Positions 24,601 through 27,204 of a DNA stretch of 45,228 nucleotides are shown piece after piece (within the stretch, counting starts at the first letter, position 1; each line of letters begins with the position of its first letter). Below the pieces are notes generated by a model. The model was not told where the DNA came from. It searched no databases and saw only the letters and a program-made list of their open reading frames with translations. Location of the stretch: positions 1 to 45,228 of the forward strand of contig JAMOOS010000152.1 in NCBI GenBank assembly GCA_027065245.1. Reading direction: 5' to 3'. This stretch comes from Desulfuromonadaceae bacterium. Lineage in GTDB: Bacteria > Desulfobacterota > Desulfuromonadia > Desulfuromonadales > Desulfuromonadaceae. A program made the translations under genes and the position numbers.

Positions 24601-24997
24601 TGGTGTCTGGAGGAGTTGAGGTGGAATTGGGATCTTCTTCTTCACGCGATTTAACAAAACTGGCAACGTAACCGTAACTGTTGGTAGTAGTGCTGGTAAC
24701 TTCCCAGTCACCCTTGCCGTCATCATCGGGCAAGGTATCACCCACGTTGGTAGAGGTATATATAAGTCGCCCGGAATCGGTAGTTACTGCAAACACGGTA
24801 TCATCAGAGCGTTTCAGAACACCGGTGACAATAACGTCGCTGTTTGTATCAGGATCGGTTACGGTATCTCCCACCTCGGTAGCAGCCGTGGGCGGATCGG
24901 CAAAACAGAGAGACGGCAGAAGGAAACCCAGAGCAAAAACGACCATTAACGAACAGCGCCACACACAATACAGCGCCCATTTAAATATGCGCATCAT
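3656..24997 (-). CDS. Giant glycine-rich autotransporter (type Va), 7113 aa, probable adhesin/surface fibre
   Basis: Uninterrupted ORF. N-terminal signal peptide (...LPSLCFA|DPP), repetitive Gly/Ser/Ala/Val passenger, autochaperone-like segment (YVQKSSGRYEIDV...SDKIAVDG), and C-terminal ~280-aa beta-barrel (WLTATG...GFSFA...YIDATLTYGRH...QPFVALRY...LNMRF) ending in the BAM-recognised aromatic residue. Confidence 0.93.
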   Translation of the reverse strand: MMRIFKWALYCVWRCSLMVVFALGFLLPSLCFADPPTAATEVGDTVTDPDTNSDVIVTGVLKRSDDTVFAVTTDSGRLIYTSTNVGDTLPDDDGKGDWEVTSTTTNSYGYVASFVKSREEEDPNSTSTPPDTITVTKIVDVSFDYDDSNVVDENGDPIDPNGDPADPEGDDPPPPASGNVHNIYINHHGKHGGDGRDGYGVRVCIAGVCATVAYEPHPGGDGKKPTTRNVTVPSSNHATHISTVSNGLPGIYIVNRGGDGGDGGDSYGNIDAEHGGAAGAGGDINLHADTDITTSGSNGSCGIYARSSAGKAGDGGSGYIWSSGGYSGRTAAGGNVYVENGSNGAISTSGSYSYGIFAQSIGGSAGNGGGSWGIVGAGGSSRKGGNGGGAEVVHNGSIITTGTGSGGVFAQSIGGEGGDGGSGGGIVGLGGDGSAGGDAGCVKVTTGVNSSIDTAGNAASGILAQSIGGGGGNGGVGAGIVGLGARGSGGGDGGCVRVEHNGTIVTRGDSSSGIIAQSIGGGGGNAGLGAGIVGLGAKGSGGGDGASVVVEAGAGSAITTVGDFSHGILAQSIGGGGGSGGLGAGMVAIGSSGGGGGDGGSVTVDSSASIETQGDYSRAMYAQSIGGGGGAGGGSGGIVSIGGTGSGGGDGDWVKITNHGFLHTYGFCSGGIFAQSIGGGGGSGGGSGGLVSLGGDGDGGGDGSWVTVTNSGQIYTHGALSDAIFAQSIGGGGGNGAGSGGGVSIGGDGSAGGNGSNVTVTNSGKINTVGSGSRGIFAQSIGGGGGDGSGSGGLVSLGGDGSGGGNSGEVRVTNSGDISTMGSYASAVHAQSIGGGGGCGYGSGGFVSLGGDGSGGGNGGGVFVDSSADLISTLGYYSYGIFAQSVGGGGGSGAGSGGFVSLGGAGSGGGSGADVEVRSHSGVITTGGNSSAAIFAQSIGGGGGNGAGSGGFVSLGGNGGSGCTSGDVTVINDSALATSGDDSHGIFAQSIAGGGGYGAGSGGAVSLGGGGGGGADAGQVEVGNSGNIVTRGEDSEGIFAQSVGGGGGSGGSSGGAVSIGGNAANSADGSSVTVNNSGSISTEKDGSDAIFAQSIGGGGGEGRSAADPGSSGGAVSLGGNAGVGGDGGTVTVASSSTVLTTRGDYARGIFAQSIGGGGGDGAGSGGAVSIGGHGGDGGNGSSVTVTSLATDIATGGKWSDAIFVQSIGGGGGDGAGSGGAVSIGGAGARAGNAADVTVSSSGILSTAGDYSNGILAQSIGGGGGNGAGSGGAVSIGGHGGGSGNAGNVSVSHGDGTVAGSIATDGYAANAIFAQSVGGGGGGGSSSGGAVSIGGGGGGAANGGDVTVINYDSLYTKGVFSNAIFAQSIGGGGGSAPDSGGILTFGGSGGGASDAGDVSVENHGFIETGIDGDIVIDIQDVAVPVGSSGGIFAQSVGGGGGNGGCVGGAFFTMGGSGAAGGDGGSVTVSSAGNITTHTSGADAIFAQSLGGGGGSGGSSSAGSAFAGFALGSGGGGGGDGDDVSVTVDKFTLDGIEYLSAITTNGDWSRGIFAQSVGGGGGDGGFAVHGTVGTFAAISLALGGSGGTSGVGRDVIVDSSSVIRTSGNDSGGLIAQSIGGGGGAGGFVVDGSLQVNPGAGGAVGIGIGGSGGDSGSAGEVEVDYSGSITTSGDRSGALLAQSIGGGGGCGGYSITASGSAAGGASGAVSVGIGGSGGGGGDGDSVSADLTGSFVTSGDKSYAVILQSIGGGGGDGGFDITGAASVAGGASGAISVGVGGSGGGGGDGDDVALDFDGAMSTGGDESGALLVQSVGGGGGNGGFNISGAANSASVAGLSTGVGIGGSGDIGGDAGSITCNVVAPIDTVGSESDGAVFQSVGGGGGNGGFSINGSMSFVGGASAAVVVGIGGGGAGGGDAAALTATLNSSHLVTHGYGSDGAVFQSIGGGGGNGGFVIDGSLETGAVGGAFSFGIGGAGGKGGDGGVVDAGFSGLLQTFGDKASGVVIQSLGGGGGNGGFAVDGSVSVTAATGGAISVGIGGAGGGGGTGADVSANVSGGVATAGDKAGGIAVQSIGGGGGNGGFNVTGNLSLSAAGVFGGGVGVGIGGFGGDGGKSGNVDATLTSVVNTGGDDSSAVVVQSLGGGGGNGAFSIDGSLSWSSASGGAITVGIGGFGGDGGTAGAVTATVSGNKTTAGNRSGAVAVQSIGGGGGNGGFTVGGSVSGSCVNSAAVGVGIGGFGGGGGAADTVHADISGVLTTGGDDSGALLVQSVGGGGGNGGFSVAGAISGAGAASGAVTVGVGGFGGDGGSGADVYTKAQSDVVTSGDRSIGMMVQSIGGGGGNGGFTVDGSVSLAGVLSGAVGVGVGGFGGDGGYASDITALLYGDLATVGRESGAVLVQSIGGGGGNGGFSIAGGGSGAIIGSGSIMTGIGGFGGDGGNSGAVIATVDGTKNTVGNNSTAVTVQSIGGGGGNGGFTVDGGISAAGVASGAVNVGIGGFGGDGGNSGDVTATITGDSETVGSESGAVLVQSIGGGGGNGGFSVAGGGSIAVNMYEIGSYSGAVSVGVGGFGGGGGDGAAVDATVTGNMLTWGHDSTAIQVQSIGGGGGNGGFTVDGAISGGGYASGAAGVGVGGFGGGGGDGATTSATVTGDVETKGANSGAVLVQSVGGGGGNGGFSIAGAVSASVYASAGVGVGVGGFGGDGGDGAQVTADVSGNMLTWEHDADAIVVQSLGGGGGNGGFTIDGAISAAGYGSGGAGVGVGGFGGGGGDAAAVSATYSGDVSTKGEDSSAVLVQSVGGGGGNGGFSIAGAISAAGEASGSAGVGIGGFGGDGGGAGAVAATISGQKYTVGNESTAVVVQSIGGGGGNGGFTIDGAISAAGEASGSAGVGIGGFGGDGGDGEEVSATIDGYMHTSGDDSGAVLVQSLGGGGGNGGFSIGGGVSGAGEASGAVGFGLGGFGGGGGRSAGVSAAITDDKATLGDRSTAVVVQSIGGGGGNGGFSVTGGISGAGEGSGAVGAGIGGFGGYGGDGGVVDATVSGIMLTKGDESGAVLVQSLGGGGGNGGFTISGGVSGAGEGSGAVGFGLGGFGGGGGMGKSVTAAVSGKKTTTGNKSTAVIVQSIGGGGGNGGFSVTGSISGAGEGSGGAGIGIGGFGGSGGSGGDVSATISGEMNTLGGESGAVLIQSLGGGGGNGGFTVSGSLSGSGSYSGAVGFGLGGFGGYGGTGGNVTATVSDVKTTYGSKSTAVIVQSLGGGGGNGGFSVGGDISGSSSASGGIGVGIGGFGGSGGASGNVDATISGIIRTFGGAAGAVLVQSIGGGGGNGGFAVAGSVSGSGSNSGSIGFGLGGFGGDGGSAGSVDAVVSDDKSTYGDDSAAVVVQSIGGGGGGGGFSISGSLSASGSNSGSIGAGLGGFGGGGGGAGAVDATVTGTVRTNGDRSDAVLVQSLGGGGGSGGFSVGGSFSASSSKSGSVGAGLGGFGGGGGDGAAVDAAVSGDKVTYGDESLAVVIQSLGGGGGNGGFNVAGAFSASGGGSGAVGAGLGGFGGAGGRGDDVSADIDGDMATCGNDSGVILVQSLGGGGGNGGFNVTAGLSASSSNNGSVGAGLGGFGGGGGDAGAVISHVDGNLNSIGYNSSAVIVQSVGGGGGNGGVNVSASASLSTSNGGSVAAGLGGFGGSGGDGGDVSAAMLSGIINTLGADSCGFLAQSLGGGGGNGGVNVSGTFNLSTGGNGGAVGLGVGGFGGGGGNGGNVSMSRCGDTVTRGDSSTALAAQSIGGGGGNGGVNVTGAVNIATSGNGGSAALGLGGFGGSGGNSGDVEALLDGVVITGNSGFGSGADSVGVLAQSIAGSGGNGGVNVAGDVAIAMSGKNVAASVGVGGFGGGGGDAGAVSLTYTGQVTTFGTNAHGVLAQSLGGGGGNGGVNVAGALGFTNSNDFTAGVGVGGFGGDGGNGGAVTARVTGDVVVSGVVNRTEIDPVSGESHTYKDDGSSAIVAQSIGGGGGNGGVNVTGGVNISTSSSSSGAGLTVGVGGFGGDGGSGGDVLLTVNNNNTKAVGDNRAAILAQSVGGGGGNGAVNVTGGVSTGGTFACGVGGFGGDGGSGDTVTLHAQTNVVSNGDYSAGVQAQSIGGGGGNGAINVSGTLTARGSGTLPTFTCGIGGYGGSGNTSGDVEVDYVGATVTSGDWSHALLAQSIGGGGGSGALNVSAGVNLNGKEGASPSGFSAVLGVGGSGGDGADSGDVSVYSSGTMKVEGDNARGLLAQSIGGGGGTGGFNVSVDIARSSAPINVGVGGSGGAGGNAGSVAVHRGHANHYAGEISTDGSGATGLEASSIGGGGGDAGANFMFTFSNAPAGSSAYALELGIGGSGGASGNGDDVSVADYNKITTSGGNAHGLLAQSIGGGGGNANLNVGFGWLPNNKTAKITIGGGVGDGGQGGEVDVHHHGDITTDGNNSAGIIAQSIGGGGGNAGFDLIFNKSSGGAVALGLGRKGGTGGAGGGVVLESSGAINTSGANSYGLLAQSVGNGGGNSSVNSAGVTMPASESGEKNGSVALGIEGGEGGSGGEVQLLAFGSITTAGTKAHGAFAQSVGGGGGNGGNASTVGLTSPNVGVALGGEGGIGAAGGRVDLFNAATVTVGGDHAVALLAQSIGGGGGNGGNAFSGGLKTAGSGAQVAVGGSGGIGATGGRVDVVNEALLQAFGERGHGIVAQSIGGGGGNGGTVVNGNLNMGSSDATRMFVSVGGDGGEGGSSDDVQVDNLGGIRTVGTEGMGIFAQSIGGGGGNGRTVVTGSVTTAGGGNTIGVSVGGSGGVGGSAGDVVVKNSGQSALSGITTTGEGAHGIFALSLGGGGGDGSMVITATGAVSKGAKGPSSALALSVGGSGGSGGSGGDVTVDNSSSIVTRGKKAHGIVAESIGGGGGNGGLAISGNLAFYKADSNGLNSAVAVGGHGGDGNRAGDVLVNNSGVIETNDDNSYGILAQSVGGGGGNGATAIAVSVDPTLSNGLSSQTALMSVGVGGFGGDGADAGDVEVNHTGLITTNGDNCYGIYAQSVGGGGGRSQFAISSPYWMVADMMFTTLLGGTDNGSCGKVTVNNNGTIVTNGSNSKAVFSQAVNGGGGDVDVFLDVSKDASSLDQNVVDIDEVNSVVENIVSWVKGVFGLGGEDSDDNSGSDVEGKHAGNVATAGDNSAAITSQSIGGGGGNLNLGVKERQSGKLAMDFTLGGKNSSNNGGGTVTMSHQGSTSTRGEDSQGVSVQSIGGGGGSVHGQVAKIQVDSQPTGVSKADVALGSDGGAALSGGRVALDMMGSIVARGDRSQGIMVQSIGAGGGDARLIGFDSNTVTLGGINGASGNGGDIAIVNNGNIVTNGMYGHGILLQSIGGGGGAVFSTTAPQLLLSTANSGSGGRVILNQTGSIVTYGAGAGGVLVQSLGGGGGIVNDLFVGSAGGSGDGSDVKLTLAGSVATFGAGADAIFAQSQSRRGRAGNLDVSVYGSAVTAGNYSDAIHLDSSGAVAAGDVKVLTGAVATSGAGARGIYASSNAGIGFGGIIDVLARGDVWTEGDNATGIYVSSTGYSGSGALNVHGRGRVVTFGDNSRGVFASSDGGNHSGAPVDVDINGDSYTRGNDSDAIYALSKGSQAASDVHVDSGAITTEGDRSRAIFASSDAGSGVGGSVDVAVSGSIWSAGEFADGIYAQSIGRAGAGTVTVHSTADITTHGFTSRGIMALSTGDKAGRVDVDATGVTASAGDYADAIYAASSGVSAAESVRVSSGGAVTLGDFARGICAISDAGNGSGGIIDVLTGGDVWTEGDNATGIYVASSGLGGAGALNVAAAARVVTFGDDSSAVYAVSDGGKHRGADINVAVSGIMQTAGVNADAIHTDSSGLDAAGAVKVATASITTLGERSRAIYARSDGGSGSGGVVDVAAAGSIWSAGEFADGIYVQSVGRNSGGAVKAAITGDITALGTASRGVVALSSGDRAADVSVVTAGKTQTQGESASAISAISNGRYVAGSVTVNSGAVVTLGDYSAAIDAMSIGGHGVGGRVDVVNSAGIYTSGANSSAVSAVSRGAQSARQVTVASGGIVTEGDYSRGIYAVSDGMNNLASAVTVDVAGDIWSEGEFADGIYAVSSAAAASAAVHVNTAEQVVTLGDRASGISAISRGGSSGTVDVSAADVVHTEGSGAGAIIATSVGGRSSAAVQVRSHGAETLGSESDAIHAVSSSARGSGGDITISNNATVYTGADNSRAIYAASSGAYDGGAILLSTVGDVITRGSNSVGLYARSDGGNGSGGVVSLYSEGLLRTEGDNSNAVDARSLGAAGGGAVTVEHNGDIVTMGDNSCGIFAQSDPVQDNADTVTVRVSGDTVTTGSGADAIFARSIGGGGSGDVQITSRAGAYTSGAGARAVVASSRSANGAAGNITVDTADAVWTEGAAAHAVLAQAQGASGAGLVTVNLHGNVNSSGIGADGVRAISDGGVGSSGGVNITAAGDIMATGSGSNAIYCASYAAASGSINITLNGALVAGGDNGGSGVVMLGGKDNVLVNNAIITTVAGVSGSAVSSGDGNDTIYNNNAIIGDISLGGGSNHLINGDKGYVVSGGDIDLGAGGSMENGGVISPGGVDGIHTTGIGGDYVQKSSGRYEIDVDFDGNHSDKIAVDGVADVAGTVQLFTHNPQKLLPGRYALPIITATAGLNTGVVDLDVAPSAVVDYSLHNNAGRSLDLNLDIDFSPPGLSAGQAVIGDYFNAVQSAGGTTAVEPYVVHLFNQADSAALAAIYEPLFPDFYDHFTRATIDTVKQAQTPLQSRMNTLRHLGHVPVSLRRSAHYSGTTPQLSAAFSAAGNGAGSQEPPHYGMWLTATGLWGDQDGSSSYGGYKYDTFGVVGGMDAMINNRYIVGFSFAKTRTDLDTDGHDGSGDIDNSQFSLYACRFEDHFYIDATLTYGRHRYDSSRDMEVFHTMRHTSSDHKGYSWSGSAEFGYNLNLATWQVQPFVALRYVDVEEDSYAERGGGDYNLLVDERSSQALYSDIGIRLSGDFPVAAGTLVPQFTLAWDHDYHIDDNPLDASFAVAPQSSFSLDSQDVDRDGVKVGAGISFIGAGGVSTSLRYDAIWRNDYTSHAILGELNMRF
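5500..8640 (-). repeat. Passenger zone C: ~31-aa repeats (TxGDxSxAIYAxSxG...GxVxV), about 30 units, boundaries approximate
   Basis: Recurring TEGD/TxG + [AG]I[YF]AxS motif lacking the GGGGG run. Contains a 744-nt internal duplication. Confidence 0.8.
8700..20400 (-). repeat. Passenger zone B: ~65-aa QS[IVL]GGGGGNGG repeats, about 60 units, more degenerate toward the C-terminal side
   Basis: The QSIG codon block recurs every ~195 nt in the core (approximately 17414, 17609, 17805, 18000, 18195, 18389). Confidence 0.85.
20450..24150 (-). repeat. Passenger zone A: ~52-54-aa AQSIGGGGG repeats, about 22 units
   Basis: The QSIG codon block recurs every ~156-162 nt (approximately 22499, 22655, 22811, 22967, 23123). 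Confidence 0.85.
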
Positions 24998-25216
24998 AAT
25001 TAACGCCCCCAGCTTACCCCTAGTACCACAAACGTGAAATACTTCTAATGCAACAGGTTAATTAATCAGCCCTACTATCACTACTAGCACATTTTTACTA
25101 TAACTGCCAAGATTAAATCAGCCATGGCAATACAAATACTAACGTTGTAAACCGATGCACTGTCAGAGATATACAGGGCAAGTTATTGATGTGGTCATCT
25201 CTGGAGGGTCAAAAAA

Positions 25217-26161
25217 TCAAATCAACTGCACACTTTTGAGGATAAACACCCCAAACGTGGTAGACAGCAGTGAACCGAGTAATGTGGCCGCAATAATAGC
25301 GGCGGCGAGGTAGCGGTTGCCGCCTAAGGCCACCACCATGGGATAACTGGCCGCCGCCGTGGGTGCCGAGCTCATCAGATACAGAATACCCAGTTCTTCA
25401 CCGCGCAAACCGACCATGACACCGCCGACGGTTATCACCAGCGGCACCAGCACCAGTTTTGCCAACGTGGCCCAGTACAACGTGGCGCCGCAGTGAAATT
25501 CACGCAGACGGATGGAGGCACCGGCGCACAGCAGAGCCAAGGGCAGAGTCATGCGGGCAAAGTATTCGCCGGTGCGCAGCATGATTTCCGGCACGGCTAT
25601 ATGCAGCACCGAGATAGCGATACCGACGGCGATGGCGATAATCAGCGGGTTTTTCGCTATCCCCAGCAGCACCGCCCCCAGCCCCGCGCCCGCCTCATCG
25701 CCCTGATGGCGCGTAAGGGTGATAACGGCGAGAATATTGAACAAGGTGGTCATGGCAGCCAGGTAGATGGAAGCGGTGGCAATGGCGTCATCACCGAAGG
25801 CGCTTAAACAGAACGCCAGACCGATGATGCCCATATTGCCGCGAAACGCCCCCTGCACAAACACCCCACGCTCTTCGCTGTTGCACAGCCGCGGCGAGAT
25901 GTATAGATCCAGCACCACAAACACCACCACGGTGGCGGTAATCGCATAGGCTATAAGGCCAAGGTGGAGATTGTGGCTGAAATCGGCGCGGGACAGTTTG
26001 ACGATCAACAGACACGGCAGAGTAAAACGGAACACCAGATTCGCACCGACCCTGGCAAATTCATCGCTGATCCAGCCGATACGACGCAGCACCACCCCGG
26101 CAAGAAGAACACAGAAAATCGGCGCGGTTATCAACAGCGCGAATTGCAGATTGGCAAGCAT
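25217..26161 (-). CDS. AEC (auxin efflux carrier/malate permease) family transporter
   Basis: About 10 transmembrane segments, with motifs FRFTLPCL, FRGNMGIIGL, KNPLIIA, LPLALL, APTAAASY. Confidence 0.88.
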   Translation of the reverse strand: MLANLQFALLITAPIFCVLLAGVVLRRIGWISDEFARVGANLVFRFTLPCLLIVKLSRADFSHNLHLGLIAYAITATVVVFVVLDLYISPRLCNSEERGVFVQGAFRGNMGIIGLAFCLSAFGDDAIATASIYLAAMTTLFNILAVITLTRHQGDEAGAGLGAVLLGIAKNPLIIAIAVGIAISVLHIAVPEIMLRTGEYFARMTLPLALLCAGASIRLREFHCGATLYWATLAKLVLVPLVITVGGVMVGLRGEELGILYLMSSAPTAAASYPMVVALGGNRYLAAAIIAATLLGSLLSTTFGVFILKSVQLI

Positions 26162-26260
26162 TACGGCGGATATTCCTTACGACAGATATTGAACAACATA
26201 AGTCAGGGTACTCTGCGCCGCTGGTAGCGGTCAAGATGAATGAAATATGCTGTAATAAAT

Positions 26261-26290
26261 TTGACATGGCATCCTCATTGTTACTACAAT
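26261..26290 (+). promoter_or_regulatory. Sigma70 promoter of brnTA with overlapping palindromic operator
   Basis: TTGACA (26261-26266), 18-nt spacer, TACAAT (26285-26290). The palindrome ATTGT-tact-ACAAT (26277-26290) covers the -10 box. Confidence 0.7.
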
Positions 26291-26296
26291 CTGAAT

Positions 26297-26587
26297 ATGC
26301 ACTATGAATGGGATGACGCCAAAAACGCCAGCAACCGCAACAAGCACGGTGTTGACTTTGCTCTGGCACGGCATTTTGAATGGGACAGCGCCATAGAGAC
26401 TGTCGACGACCGCCGCGATTACGGTGAAACCAGATATCAGGCGCTCAGCTGCATTGACAACCGTGTTTACTGCCTGGTGTATACCTTACGCAACGGCAAC
26501 ATTCGCATTATCAGTCTGCGCAAAGCCAACAGAAGGGAGGCGCTTAGTTATGCTGAAGCCCGAAAAAAATATAATTCTACCCACTGA
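26297..26587 (+). CDS. brnT: BrnT family toxin (type II TA ribonuclease)
   Basis: MHYEWDDAKNASNRNKHGVDF...DYGETRY...IRIISLRKANRRE is the typical BrnT signature. Confidence 0.92.
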   Translation: MHYEWDDAKNASNRNKHGVDFALARHFEWDSAIETVDDRRDYGETRYQALSCIDNRVYCLVYTLRNGNIRIISLRKANRREALSYAEARKKYNSTH

Positions 26588-26861
26588 AGAGGAAGACAGG
26601 CTCATCAATGCCGCCATTGCCGCCGATGAAGACACCGCTGAAGTAAGCGACGAGATGTTTGACCGCATGCAGCCGGTGGCCAAAACTCACCCGCACATCC
26701 CCCCCCGGGTACGTGGTCCGCAACGCAGACCGACCAAGCAATCCACCACTCTGCGCCTGGATGCCGAAGTGGTAGAGTTTTTCAAAAGCCAGGGACGGGG
26801 CTGGCAGACACGGATGAACGCGGTACTGCTGGAGCATGTGCGCCAGCAGCGTTCATCGTAA
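26550..26861 (+). CDS. brnA: BrnA family antitoxin
   Basis: C-terminal RGPQ..PTK...TLRLDAEVVEFFK..G.GWQTRMN ribbon-helix-helix signature. GGAGG RBS at 26536-26540. Overlaps the toxin gene by 38 nt. Confidence 0.92.
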   Translation: MLKPEKNIILPTEEEDRLINAAIAADEDTAEVSDEMFDRMQPVAKTHPHIPPRVRGPQRRPTKQSTTLRLDAEVVEFFKSQGRGWQTRMNAVLLEHVRQQRSS

Positions 26862-26874
26862 AAAAGCTGCCTGG

Positions 26875-27035
26875 GAGACTGTCGGGCTTTGCGGATCGAA
26901 GCGAAAAATCGACTGGTCGAGGACAGATTTTCGCTCGTTTGAAGGCTAATAGCCGTAGCTATTGGTCGAAAAGGAGCGGAAATATGCACCGGCCAGACGG
27001 TTTTGCAGCCGATGCATGGAAAGTCCGACAGGCTC
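26875..27035. mobile_element. 161-bp non-autonomous MITE-like palindromic element
   Basis: 16-bp terminal inverted repeats (gagactgtcgggcttt / aaagtccgacaggctc, 14/16), flanked by CTGG and CTAG. Imperfectly palindromic along its whole length around aatagc-cgta-gctatt. Two partial copies elsewhere in the window. Confidence 0.8.
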
Positions 27036-27043
27036 CTAGCAAT

Positions 27044-27084
27044 AAAAAAAGGCACTCAGCAATTAAGCTAAGTGCCTGTTTTTT
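27044..27084 (-). terminator. Rho-independent terminator of tRNA-Gly(CCC), probably bidirectional
   Basis: aaaaaaa-ggcactcagc-aattaa-gctaagtgcc-tgtttttt hairpin with A/T tracts on both sides. Confidence 0.75.
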
Positions 27085-27088
27085 ATTA

Positions 27089-27163
<75 letters not shown>

Positions 27164-27174
27164 ATCGGCAGTGG

Positions 27175-27204
27175 ATTATAGGGAACATGACGCCGCTATG
27201 TCAA
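27175..27204 (-). promoter_or_regulatory. Consensus sigma70 promoter for tRNA-Gly(CCC)
   Basis: Minus strand TTGACA (27204-27199), 18-nt spacer, TATAAT (27180-27175). The -35 box overlaps the upstream gene's TGA stop. Confidence 0.8.

Noticed and set aside
3579-27035. Composite transposon bounded by the two MITE copies
   Set aside because: The left copy lacks its outward-facing end, no outer target duplication is seen, and there is no transposase in the window.
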